64,000 nucleotides of DNA from Eledone cirrhosa. Taxonomy: Eukaryota. Made by a program: the position numbers and the translations under genes. Of this stretch, positions 13,601 through 27,152 are shown one piece after another; positions within the stretch are counted from its first letter, which is position 1; each line of letters opens with the position of its first letter. The DNA is taken from positions 213,652,001 through 213,716,000 of the forward strand of contig OZ024740.1 of the NCBI GenBank assembly GCA_964016885.1, read 5' to 3'. A model generated the notes under the pieces. It worked only from the letters and a program-made list of their open reading frames with translations. It searched no databases and was not told the origin of the DNA.

Positions 13601-14110
13601 TCCCTGGCTTGGCAATGTTACCGAGGAGCTCTACCCGTTCGGGACAAGCTCTACAGACACGGGCGCCCGGGTAGGGACCCCTCGAAGAAGATCTGTCCAA
13701 GATGCGTGCGTGACGAGGAAACCGTCGCACACACATTCGTACACTGCCCGGGCGTTGCTGACATGTGGGGCTATGTAGAACGACTACTGTCGCGGGTGGG
13801 ACCAATCCGGTTGACCACCGAGAACATTGTCACAATCAAACCGCCTCCCCCTTTCACAAACGAAGGAGAGGCGGTTTTCCTCTGTGTGATAGCCATGGCG
13901 AAAGAAGTTGTATGGTGGACAAGGTTGAAAGGGCTGAGGTCAGACACCTATCTCTCCGGCCAACAACTGGTCTTTTTTTTCAAGTACCACTTTAGAAGAA
14001 GGATCAGAATGGAGAGAGAGGTGCTCTACCCCAGCAAGTTTTATGAAAGATGGGTGAAAGTAGCGAGAATGGCCCGAGTGAATGGGCCTTCTCTCTATAT
14101 TAGCCTGTAG
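10674..14110 (+). pseudogene. Tx1 ORF2: AP endonuclease, reverse transcriptase, C-terminal CCHC; frameshift ~11160, stops at ~11660 and ~12143
   Basis: NARG, GDWN, SYLDR, SDH (APE); PGLDG, FRPITLLN, KAFD, QGCPLS, YADD (RT); CPRC..H...HC. Confidence 0.92.
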
Positions 14111-14534
14111 GTGAGAGAGGAGAAGAATGAGAAGAGGAAGGAAGCACCCGCTCTTTGTGCTCCTGAAGAGGAGGGTTGCACATTTTTTCGGGGGCGTGTG
14201 CGACCCATGTCAACGCCCCTCCCTATTGAGGACATCGATTGTTAAATTTAATTTGTTATATGTTTTTTAAACGTCTTTTTAAATGTATGTAAACTCCCCC
14301 CTTTGTATTTGTCCCAATCTTTGATGCCCTGGTGGCAAATAAATAGAAATATATATCTACTGCACGAAACTCTCTTCCAATCCCCCTCTATATATCAATT
14401 AACGCCAAACTCTCCCTCTCTCTATATCAATAAACATCAATCTCCCCCCCCCTCTCTATATCTAATATACAACACACTCGTCCAACCTTCTTCTCTATAA
14501 ATTGTACCTCATTGTACATAAATTGTACATAAAT

Positions 14535-15229
14535 TGTAGCGCATTTATAGCAATAGAAGTTGATTGTGTTGTGGTGTTGATTCGTTTGTTGCGTGCGTGC
14601 TCACTTGTAGCTTGCTGTGTCGTGTGGTCACTGTTGTGTGACACAATGTGACCAGAGCTTGCATGTGTGCAGGTAAGTGAGTGTTCAATAAGATGATGAT
14701 GATATGATAGTACCTTGATCACGCAGAAAATGAATATATCTAAATGAACCACGATGACACCAAACCGCCATATTATTAATTTATTGAAAATAACTCACGC
14801 CGTAGCTATACGAAAAACACACAGGGATTATGAAAGACCAACGGAAACATTGTTTCCTTGGTCCGATTTGCCGAAAGTCGATCGATCTTACCAAGAAAAC
14901 ATCATGAACTTCATTGGCTTGGTTAAGAGAGAGACCGAGAGATAGAGATTGAGTGAAAGAGAGAGAGTAAGAGTCTGTAAGACCCAACGAGTCTGTATAA
15001 AGCAATAGTTTACATGTTTACTCTATCAAGAAATACTCCGAACTGCTGCCGTCTGGTCCAAGATAGGCTCTTTATTTCTGTCGCTTCCTCTGTCTCCAGC
15101 CCTTGAGAACAAAGGAGTGACATTTAGAGGTCGTCTGCACTCAGATTAGTTTACGCCCGAAAGGAGATAACCCAGTAAATGACCGTTAAATGTTACCCAG
15201 GAGTCAACGCGTGGACAGATTTCGCTACA
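14535..15229. mobile_element. possible solo LTR or terminal-inverted-repeat element
   Basis: TGTAGCG...CGCTACA termini (TG..CA); no target-site duplication visible. Confidence 0.3.
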
Positions 15230-15455
15230 CATATACATATAGATGTGTGTTTTGGTAGTTTGGGGAGAAAAATATAATTATTGGGGAAGCCACGCACCCA
15301 CTGACCCGCCAGTCTCACCGCCCCTTATATACATACATACGTCAACAATAATGAAGTTTGTGTGTTGGATATACACATGTATTTATATATATACATATAC
15401 ATAATTATATATGTATATACATAGGTATATATAAATAATTGAGTAAGATATACAC

Positions 15456-15495
<40 letters not shown>

Positions 15496-15644
15496 CATAC
15501 ATAGGTATATATAAATAATTGAGGGTGTAAGATATAGACATGTATTTATATATTTACATATACACAATTATATATGTATATACATAGGTATATATAAATA
15601 ATTGAGTAAGATATACACATGTATATATATATATATATATATAT

Positions 15645-16165
15645 CTAGGGCGGGTAAAATTCACGAGATCCATGGACGAGTTCTCTCCAGCGGTCTCTGT
15701 CCCTCATTATCGCTGCCATGTCCTGCGTCTCCAACAGACCAGTGTCTGTCCTTAGGGCATCAACATACGTTAACCTTGGTCTTCTTCTTCCAGTGTGCCT
15801 ATGTAGGGGCTCCCACAGGAGAACTGAGTGCAATGTCAACTCTGGATGTCGGTGAGCATGTCCAGCTAACCTCAGTCTCCTCTGTGTCATTTTTGAGCTG
15901 ACTTTTGGGAGGCTCCCGTACAGCTCTGAGGTTTTCATCCTCAGTGTATACTGATTAATGTTCAGAGCCATCCTCAGCATTCTAGTGTAGCACCCATCCA
16001 CCATCTGAGTGAGTTTCTTGGTCAGTGTCCAAGTCTCAGATCCGTATAGCAGCACAGACTCCACTACAGCAATGAAGAGGCGGATCTTCAGTTCTTCACG
16101 AAGGTCCGACTTCCTCCACACCAATCTCAAGCTGTGGCACGCCGCCCAGGCTTTGCTTTTCTCTG
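15645..16165 (-). pseudogene. RTE-clade LINE 3' fragment
   Basis: VESVLLYGSETWTL, RRLRLAGHAHR, GRRRPRLTY, DRDRWR; flanked by TA tracts. Confidence 0.85.
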
Positions 16166-16201
16166 TTCTTCCTATATCAATATCAATATCAATATATATA
16201 C

Positions 16202-16256
<55 letters not shown>

Positions 16257-16353
16257 TAGGGAGTGTAACTTGGAGTTACTGCAGCTTCACCCGGGTGAGC
16301 ACTCGATGTTTAGGTTCACTTCTGTGTTGAGGTGTAGAGCTATACAGAGTGTA

Positions 16354-16564
16354 ATATATTGAAAGGATATCAAGGACGATTATTTACTCCTCCATTACAT
16401 TTATTGGTATAAATGATACCATTTTAAAGGGTCCGTCGAGCTGCCGATTATTGAGTCGGGTAAGATCGATACAGATCGAACCTTGAGCTGATCAGTGGCG
16501 AAACGCGCGTCACTTACCAATAAATGTAATGAAGGAGTAACCAATCGTCCTTGTTATTCTTTCA

Positions 16565-16570
<6 letters not shown>
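16354..16570. repeat. fold-back unit with ~55-bp arms enclosing a decayed extended hammerhead (16427-16515)
   Basis: arms 16354-16409 and 16515-16570; CCGTCGA...GAAAC-GCGC-GTC. Confidence 0.75.
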
Positions 16571-16623
<53 letters not shown>

Positions 16624-16886
16624 AATAGAATGAAACGAAATTTCATTTCTCACTCTTAGTACGGCACTTACTTAAATGTAAGTATGTATGTATACGTACA
16701 TACATATATGTATACAGACGTACAGTAGTATGTATATATATACACACATACACACATATATATATGCACGTATCGGTTTACCGAACATTTATTATAATGC
16801 TCGGTTTGTTTGTTTGTAAACAAACAAACAGCCCGAATTACGCCGTACAGTGTTTAGGTAACCACGTCACCTTTTTGTTCAACACT

Positions 16887-16968
<82 letters not shown>

Positions 16969-16969
16969 C

Positions 16970-17004
<35 letters not shown>

Positions 17005-17020
17005 CGGGGTCTTACTGGTT

Positions 17021-17658
<638 letters not shown>

Positions 17659-17910
17659 CGAATGAGGGAGAATGTGAGATAAGCACACTTAAAGTCATGT
17701 GATCAAACTCACGTTCTCATAGGGTAACACACATGTGCCTAGATTCACTGGTTTGTCTGCAGTCACATGTACGTACATACCTTTTGTTCTCATACTTTCA
17801 AGAATATACGTAAACACAAGTAGTTCAATCATTGGAATAAAGGCTCTGTCCCAAGGCTCTGATACCATCAACACTATAAACACAGAGCTGGCATATCTAA
17901 GAACTGACTA

Positions 17911-17966
17911 ACTGCCTGATGAGGTCATAGCCATTCAATGGCTATCATCGAAATATATATAGCAGT
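17911..17966 (+). ncRNA. type-I hammerhead ribozyme motif, sister of 5616-5670
   Basis: ACTGC-CTGATGA-GGTCATAGCCA/TGGCTATCATC-GAAAT-ATAT-ATA-GCAGT; ACAGCCA/TGGCTGT becomes ATAGCCA/TGGCTAT (compensatory change). Confidence 0.8.
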
Positions 17967-18010
17967 AAATAAAGGATTATGAGTTCATGCAATTGACTTA
18001 TGTTTCGTCA

Positions 18011-18096
<86 letters not shown>

Positions 18097-18152
18097 ATGC
18101 TTTGGGAGGGTCATGTTGCCAATAAGAACCTTGCTAAACAAATTCAGAAACG

Positions 18153-18202
<50 letters not shown>

Positions 18203-18717
18203 ATACTTGGGGAAGGTCATATTTGTGTAATATTGCCAGAATTAATAACAGAACACACTCACTGTTTGGTTGGTTTTCGCTTTTCGCTTCTGTGTCTTTT
18301 ATATCGGTAATCTAATTTATTCGGTCCTCAATGTTGCCATTGACTGACCAACGGTCAAAAATAATAGAGATACAATATAGACACAAACACATATATATAG
18401 TTTATCAAAGTTCTTTCGTTGCACATCTGTAACTTCGTCAGTGGTGCTATAGATTCCTCCCGTTGCATTGTATTTCTACGCCATCTTTATTTAGTCTGTT
18501 TATATATTTATTTATTTATTTGTTTGTTTATTTTATATTGTCTTCTTTGCGCATGCGTTTGCGTGTGTGTATAGTGTTTTGTTTGATGTGTGTTCGTGAT
18601 TGGGTGACTGTGTATTGGTTAATGTATTCTATGTTTACTAGTGTGTGTTTATATGTGTTTGTTGTTATTGTGCTTGTGTATGTATTTATTTATTTATTTA
18701 TCTATTTATTTATTTAT

Positions 18718-19100
18718 TTATACTTCTCTTAGGTCAGTGTTCTTTGTTTGGGTGTTGTTATTATTCCATTCATTCTTTCTGTTTAGTCTTGGCCTTCTAA
18801 GTTCTATTTCACTGGCCTCTCTGATTTGCCTATCTGGTGGGTCATTTCTATGTTTAGATATTATTCTAATTTCTATGTTGTCTATGTTACCGTCGTGTTG
18901 TTGTCTGGCATGTTCGTATAGTACTGACCCGTTTTTTCGTCCTTTTAGTTCCCCCCAGTGTTGGTCTATCCTTTCACCTATGCTACGAGCTGTCTCGCCT
19001 ATGTATGTTGTTGTCATGTTTCTGCAAGTACCCTCTGTACATCTTATGCTATAGACTACGTTTCTAGTTTTACAGTTTATCCGGGGGTTTACCTTACATA
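18718..19100 (-). pseudogene. Penelope-like GIY-YIG endonuclease fragment
   Basis: NCKTRNVVYSIRC...TYIGETARSIGERIDQH...RQIREA...LNRKNEW. Confidence 0.85.
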
Positions 19101-19102
19101 TG

Positions 19103-19592
<490 letters not shown>

Positions 19593-19761
19593 TAATTTGA
19601 CTTGGTGTCCTTGAAATATGTATAATGAAATAAATATGGTTTTATAAATATAGTTTCCATTTGTTAATATATCGTATTTTTACTCCAATAATTTGTTGAG
19701 TGCTTTATATCAGTTATAAAAATATTTGCTTGTTGTATCCCAATAAATTAAATATAACTTC

Positions 19762-19805
<44 letters not shown>

Positions 19806-19848
19806 GGTAAACATTGATGCAATTCTATATATATATATATATATATAT

Positions 19849-21272
19849 GGTTCGGACCAGACCTCCAGGTGGAGAAGAACTGGGGTGAGGTAACGAACAG
19901 GGTGTTTGCACTGACCCAGAAGTGGGCCGAGTGCAAACTGTCCCTGAAAGGTCGGGCGGAGGTGGCGAACACCTATATAGCGTCCGTCATCTACTACCGC
20001 CTGACCGTCGTGCCTTGCCGAAGGGAAACGCTCGCCAAAATGGAACGCGCACTCTTCCAATTCCTCTGGAAGAAGCGGGCTCCTATGGTGAGGAGATCCA
20101 TCTGCTGTCAACACCCTTCGAAAGGAGGGCTGGGGATGCCGTGGCTAATGATGCGTAAACACGCATTAAGGCTACGGCACCTTCAGGTATTCCTCACCGG
20201 TCAACCGGTGTGGGCCCCGTTTGTGAGGCGAGCCTTTCCGAGACTCGTCTCACTAACCGAGCTGCAATCCTGGGTCAAGGAAAGACCGAAAAAACTGGGC
20301 GCCTGGCACACCGAGTGTGCCCAGGCGCTCACGGCTCTCTGGCAGGCGGACCCGGCTGTCAGTGGAGAATCCACCTCGTCATTCTATAGAGGGCTGGTGG
20401 TTAGCAGGTGCGACGACGCCCTCGGAGAAGCCCTAGGAATGGAGGAAGACGAACTGGCCAACCTGTTCGGTAGGACATTCAGCCCGGGACCCATGGATAA
20501 CTTCCAGAGGTCCCTGGCCTGGCAGTGCTACCGAGGGGCTCTGCCCGTTCGAGAAATGCTCTACAGACACGGGCGCCCGGGTAGGGACCCCTCGAAAAAG
20601 ATCTGTCCCAGATGCGTGTGCGACGAGGAAACCGTTGCACACGCATTGGTACACTGCTCGGGCATTGCCGATCTGTGGGGCTATGTTGAACAACTGCTGT
20701 CAAGGGTGGGACCGATCCGGTTGACCACCGAGTCTATTGTAACGATCAAGCCGCCTCCCCTCTTCAAAAACGAAGGAGAGACGGTGTTTCTGTGCGTAAT
20801 AGCCATGGCGAAAGAGGTTGTATGGTGGACGCGTCTGAAAGGACTGAGGTCAGACACCTTTCTCTCTGGCCAACAACTGGTCCGTTTCTTCCGATATCAT
20901 TTCGGAAGAAGGACCAGGATGGATGCACCCCAGCCGTTTTTATGAAAGATGGGTGAAAGTGGCGAGAATGGCCCGTGTGAATGGGCCTTCACTCTACATC
21001 AGACTATAGGTGAGGAAGATGAAAGACCAAGGGAGCACCCCCTCTCTGTGCTCCTGAGGAGAAGGGTTGCACACTTTTTTTCGGGGGTGTGTGCGACCCC
21101 CCAAGGCGCCTCCTCCCTATTGAGGATTTTGTTATAAAATTTATTTTGTTATATTTTATTTTATTTTTATATCTTGTTATTGCCTCCTCCATATTGAGGA
21201 CGCCTTTGCATGTAAACTCCCCCCTTTGTACTTGTCCCACTTTTGATGCCCTGGTGGCAAATAAAAAGAAAG

Positions 21273-21275
<3 letters not shown>
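19849..21275 (+). mobile_element. 5'-truncated Tx1 copy B (same family as A) within (TA)n
   Basis: ORF 19869-20945 matches the ORF2 C-terminus of copy A; TA tracts on both sides. Confidence 0.92.
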
Positions 21276-21316
<41 letters not shown>

Positions 21317-21543
21317 GTCGGAAATGTTAAAATTCTCATCTTCTTCGCGGCGGCAACAACTTTATTCCAATGATTGAACTACTTGTGTTTACGTATATTC
21401 TTGAAAGTATGAGAACAACAGGTATGTACGTACATGTGACTGCAGACAAACCAGTGAATCTGGGCACATGTGTGTTACCCTATGAGAACGTGAGTTTGAT
21501 CACATGACTTTAAGTGTGCTTATCTCACATTCTCCCTCATTCG

Positions 21544-21592
<49 letters not shown>

Positions 21593-21767
21593 TAATAAAT
21601 GAACAGAGAACAAAAAACAGAGAGGCAGTACAAATGATATTAGTATTAGTTTCACACTTGAGAGTGGGAGGTGGGGGTGGATATATATATATATATATAT
21701 AATTTATAATAAACGAAGCCAAATTTTACATATTTGACTTAATTATTTTATATATATATATATATAT

Positions 21768-23065
21768 CATGGGACTCCGACACCCGACTTATGGCCGAAC
21801 AACACACCATCTTCACCCTACAGACCCCCGTTTTGAACTCCCCACCCCTCTTCCTTTAGCCTTCGACAATCCCCTCCCTCTCCCCCACCCCCATACTAAC
21901 ACCACTAAAACACTCCCAAGATTAACAGTCCCCTCCACTTCCAGTCCACCCCACCACTAATAATACTTATAACACCCACCCTACCATACACACGCACTAA
22001 CACCCAAACACAGACACACACACCAGTATATTACACTTACTCGTACGGTACCCAGCACCCTATCTCTCCCCGTACTACCCCCCTCCCCACATCCTTCTAA
22101 CACCTCCACTAATATACACACAATCCACCTACACACACCACCACCCTCTCCTTCAACTTTTCACACTGACCCACCTCCTCTCCCGTCCACCGTACCTCCG
22201 CACACACATACACACATTCCAACACCCTGTTACTACCTCTGACACTGACTACCCTTTGACTGCTCTTCTCCGCCCTTCTCCCTCTCTCGCACACTTCGTC
22301 CTGCCTTCTCCACACCCTATCTTGACCATCTTGACCATTTCCTATTGCGCGCGCCCCACAGCTTTCTACTTCCTCCTCACCAAATTCCTCGGATCCTACA
22401 CCTCTGGTCACACTCTCAGGATATCTACGAGATACTCTCCGGAATTTCACCATCCCTCTACACACACACCGGAAAACCATTCAGGAACACACACACTCAA
22501 ATACACCATTTTCACACACACGCAACCATACATTCCCACGTATCCACGCCACACAAACACACACACACACACACACACATGAGTATCCTCACATACACCC
22601 ACTCCGCCTCCGGACTCCGCACGCTCCCTCTCCTTCCCCATCCGACCTCTCTCGATCCACACACAGACTTACACCCCACCCCAATGTACACACTGGCTTT
22701 CCTAAAACCCGAGAATGGAACCCCGTTCTCACATCCACGCATACACACACCCACGTACACCTACGCCCCCGCCTCCCGCCCTCCCTCTCCATCCACCCAC
22801 CACCACCTCCACACGTCTCACACCCTTTCACCACTTGCTTTCAACTTATTGTCCCACTCGTGTTATTTCTATTTTAATTTTTTTCCTTTTATTTTGATGT
22901 TTTTCCACCACTCCCCCCTCACACCCTCTCGGAACTCCTCTCTTTCCCACCATTCTCTTCATGAAGGGCTTATGCCCGAACCCCCCCCCCCCCTTCACTC
23001 TCAAGCGTGAACTTAATACCTAACACCTTTCGTAACTGTACTCCTTGTTATTTATTTTTCCAATA
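21768..23065 (+). mobile_element. 3' fragment of Neptune-like Penelope element with decayed HHR near 22960
   Basis: last codons (EQHTIFTLQT) and C/A-rich UTR parallel 38525-39905. Confidence 0.65.
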
Positions 23066-23069
23066 TATA

Positions 23070-23585
23070 TTTATTATTATTGTTCTTTGAGACTCAGTCA
23101 TTGATGTTATTTAACTGGGAAGTTTGTTCAAATGAACATCAAGCCGCTACCTGTAGCCTCAGACATTCAGGACGTATCGGAGAGTTCTTGCTGTTCCCAA
23201 CAAGAATGCCTTTTGAGGTGTTCCACAAAACGGGGCTGGACTAATCTTCTTTAACCCTTTAGTGTTCAAACCGGCCAAAACCGGCCAGAATTCTCTACCC
23301 TTTTCTTATAACTGGCTGTAACTGGTCACTCAAACTGATGTTAAGGTATTGTTCTCAAAATAAATACTTTCAATATTTCATAGATTCGATATTATGTGAG
23401 ATATTATGTGAGGTAAAGCCTTTACCATGAAAATATAATAGTATTTATAGAATAATGTGAATGCTAAAGGGTTAACCATCCTTGGAAACTCTTTGAGATA
23501 GTACCCAGTGCGCCTATGACGACCTTGATCTCATGGCAGTTCTAAATCATTTTTAACTCCCACTTTAAATCCCGGTATCGGTTAA
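23070..23585 (-). pseudogene. R4/Dong-type LINE 3' fragment interrupted by a MITE
   Basis: minus strand reads RYRDLKWEL...VVIGALGTI...QKAFLLGTARTLRYVL once the MITE is removed; short (TAA)n tail. Confidence 0.7.
23255..23471. mobile_element. piggyBac-type MITE
   Basis: TTAA-CCCTTTAG...CTAAAGGG-TTAA; partial relative at ~57540-57715. Confidence 0.85.
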
Positions 23586-23599
23586 TTTATGCTCATACC

Positions 23600-24956
23600 A
23601 CTTCTACCCAGAAATAGGCCGAGAGGAAGCTATCCCTGGAAGGTCGAGCGGAGGTGGCGAATGCGTACATCGCGTCCGTCATCTACTACCGCCTGACCGT
23701 CGTGCCTTGTTCTAAGCTTCGCCTGACTGCATGGGAACGTTTGCTCTTTCGCTTTTTGTGGAAGGGACGCGTTCCGATGGTCAGGCGATCCATCTGCTGT
23801 CAACACCCGCTACGTGGAGGGCTGGGCATGCCGTGACTGATGATGCGCAGACACGCGCTCAGGCTACGACATCTCCACCTCTTCCTCGACGGTGATCAGG
23901 TGTGGTCGCCGTTTTCTAGACGCGTCTTTCCCCAGCTCGTCTCCTTGACGGAGCTGCAGTCCTGGGTCAAGCGAAGACCGAGAGGGAGCGCTTGGAGACT
24001 GGAATGTCTTCAGGCGCTCACAGCCCTCGACCAATTGGGCAATGTGATCGGTGGAAACTCCACCTTGGCGTTCTATAGAGGATTAGTGGGGGGGGGGGGG
24101 GAAGAGCGACGACGGTCGACGAAAATCAACTAGCTAATCTCTTCGGAAGAACTTTCAAGCCGGGGTCTATGGGCAACTTCCAGAAATCCCTGGCCTGGCA
24201 GTGCTACCGAGGAGCTTTGCCAATTCGGAATAATCTCTACAGGCATGGAGGTGCCGTCAGCCGGGCATGTCCGAGATGAGCGCAGGGCGACGAAACCATC
24301 CTGCACGCACTCGTCCAGTGTCCGAGTATTGCTGACTTGTAGGTTTATGTCGAACACCTGCTGTCACGTGTAGGACGGATCCAGTTATACAGTTGAGTCC
24401 ATCGTAAGGATTGCCCTGCCCTCTTCCTTTAGCCGGGAAAGGCAGGCAGTTTTTATCTGTCTGGTGGCCATGGCGAAAGTGATAGTATGGTGGACACGTT
24501 TGAAAGGGCAGAAGACGAGCACTTACCTCTTCGGTGATGCCCTGATTAACTTTTTCAAATTTCATTTAAAAAATAAAATCAGGGTAGAGAGGGAAGTGCT
24601 CTCTTCCCAGCATTTTGTTGAAAGATGGGTGAGAGAGGCAAGAATGGCTCGTGTGTATGTGCCTGTAAATTGAAGGTGGAAAACTGGGAGAGGGCACTTG
24701 CCCTGGTGGTCAGGGTCACCGTGGCTTTTTTTAATGAGCTTTCTCCACGAATGTCCCTCGGAAGCCCCCCCCCCCCCCTATTGGGGAATTTTTCATTGTT
24801 TCTTTTTTTTGTTACATCCTCTGTTTTTTGTTTTTCTTTACACGCAGAAATGCCCATTTGTACCGTCCTGTATTGTCCTGTACTGTCCTTAATGTCTACT
24901 TTGTGTAAACCCTTGTGGTTAATAAAGAAAGCATTATTATTATTATTATTATTATT
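23600..24956 (+). mobile_element. 5'-truncated, decayed Tx1 copy C with (ATT)n tail
   Basis: very similar to ~29470-30840 of copy D; several stops. Confidence 0.9.
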
Positions 24957-25170
24957 GGCGACCTACGTAGTAAATCGTATCATCGTGAGCTCCGCAAAGG
25001 TTTGTTATTTTCAGTTGTTCAAAATTGCCATTCATGGAAAATTTTATTGTTAATTGTATATAAGTGCACATACATTGTTATCTGAAAAGGACACCCCAAA
25101 AGATTGGGGCCTTGAGCCCAAAATTTAAACTTTTATAATTATCAAACAAAAAATTTTTCTTTGAAACATC

Positions 25171-27118
25171 ATGGCTGACTCAGAGTCACTCCTTTCTCAC
25201 AAACTAACACCTCACACCGACACCACCATTGTAAATATTACTACGTTTGCCAACACTAAAAAAAATATAAGCAGTAGCAATATTTTAAATTGTCTCAGGC
25301 AGACATTCCTTTCCCGCCATTACCAATGACTGCAGGTGTTAAAGCCGCCACCCCCACCACCACCACGACAACCCCCACCCCCACCACCACCACGACAACA
25401 GAACCAAAAGAAAAAAATAAATTAACTCGTGATATCGAAATGAATTCAACCAAAATGAACTCTTCCACACCGAACACCACTGACGCCACCACCACCACAA
25501 CTGAAACTAAAATTAATAATAACAAAAATAACGATAACAACAACAGCAACAATGACATTAAGAAAACCACCCTGAGTTTTGCCAGAGTAGCAAAACAGTG
25601 CGAAGCATTTCAGGTAACTCAGGAGGAATGAGAAGAAGCCAAAAAATGGTAAAGAAAGATGGGTACAGGGTCAGCCTCTCCCCCACCTAATAAAATGGAG
25701 CATCGGCGCCTATGCACCGTGTCTTATTGAACAATTAATATAAAATCGCGCCGAGTGGAACGGGCATCCGAGTCCCAAATCCAAAAAGCTTTGGGACATG
25801 TGTGGGCAAAAAACCCCCCACATCAGACGTGGGCAGAAGTATGGAACCGTGGACGTGTTCTTTGAAACACCACAGGAAGCTAGAGAACACTTCATGGCCC
25901 CATTAAGAAGTGACGACTTCACACTCGTCCCAAGCTATTGTGGCCAGAGACTCGTAAAGATCAGGGTCACCCACGTTCCACCGGCCATCGAAATTCCCTG
26001 GCTAATAGCTGCCGTCCTCGCCGGCATCAAAGCCAACACCAAGATAATCGAAATAGCGAAAGAAAAGCAGGAGAACTGGTCCGGATCTGGGATGGAGCTC
26101 CTGATCCAAGCGGACCAAAAAAAGCATTGAGGAGATCCCAGAGGTAATAGACCTCACTGACGGCAGCCACCTCACCGTAATTGTCGAGGGCAGAAGGCCT
26201 AGGTGTGTCGTTTGTGGTGAAGGAACCCACCTAAGGGCTTTCTGCCCTCAGGCTAAAAGGTTGAGGCCACCTCTCTTACCCACCCCAGTGACTCAACCAT
26301 CAACACCACCAGCAGCAGAGATGGCAACAACCACTGTAGCACCAACAAGAGAAGAAACTGTAACAGCAACAACCTCAGGAACAGTAGCAAAACCAACACC
26401 ACCACCACCCAACGCGCCAGAACTAGCACCACCGCCTACACCATCCACCACGCCACAACCAAAACTAACGCCTGTGGAGGATTTTCCACTCCCCGGCCTA
26501 TCACAACTAGAGACAGATTGTGACGACGAGGAGTGGGAAACGGTATCAGGAAAAAAGAAAAAAAGAAACCAAAAAAGAAAAAATTCTCTTCCCTCCCCGT
26601 CCAAAAACAAAATACAGAGGGAAACAAATAAACTATCAAACAAAAAAGTTAGGACAGATATGCCACCATCCACACCAGCATCACCAACCCCATCACCACA
26701 AACACCAACACCATCACTATCATTAACCCCAACACCACCATCACCAACACCACAAAAGTCACCAAAAAGCGAAACAGAAACAAACCCACAACAAACGCAA
26801 ACAAAACAAAACAACCAAAACGATACACACTACACAGCATTAAATTTGAACAACCAATTATTACACTACATCCAACACAACACCAGCATCACAGAAAAAG
26901 ACTACACAACAACCCAAAAGTTCACACCACCTCCACACATACAAATCACTCGCATCACACAGAATACGTGCACGACACTAAAACAAAAATTCCCCAAAGA
27001 CATCGGAGACTGCCGACAAACACTCTCCAAGAGGATTTATAAGGACATCCTTCCTGAGGAGGCCACAAGCAGTGAAAAGGATGGAGAAACCGTCCTTCCT
27101 CTACGAGAAGTAAGGTAA
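25171..27118 (+). pseudogene. Tx1 ORF1 of copy D, disrupted
   Basis: SFARVAK motif, knuckle CVVCGEGTHLRAFC near 26205-26246, Pro/Thr-rich C-terminus. Confidence 0.75.
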
Positions 27119-27152
27119 GTGGTCTTTCCCATCTTTTCCACTCCATTTCAAC

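Larger units (their letters stand above)
8681..14352 (+). mobile_element. near full-length L1/Tx1-clade non-LTR retrotransposon, copy A
   Basis: 5' UTR, ORF1, ORF2, 3' UTR with AATAAA and short TA tail. Confidence 0.9.

Noticed and set aside
12158-14110. 650-aa ORF as an intact active gene
   Set aside because: It is the distal part of ORF2; upstream stops and a frameshift separate it from the endonuclease
16410-16445. SECIS-like ATGA...AAA...GA
   Set aside because: Stem too short; better explained as the flank of a decayed hammerhead
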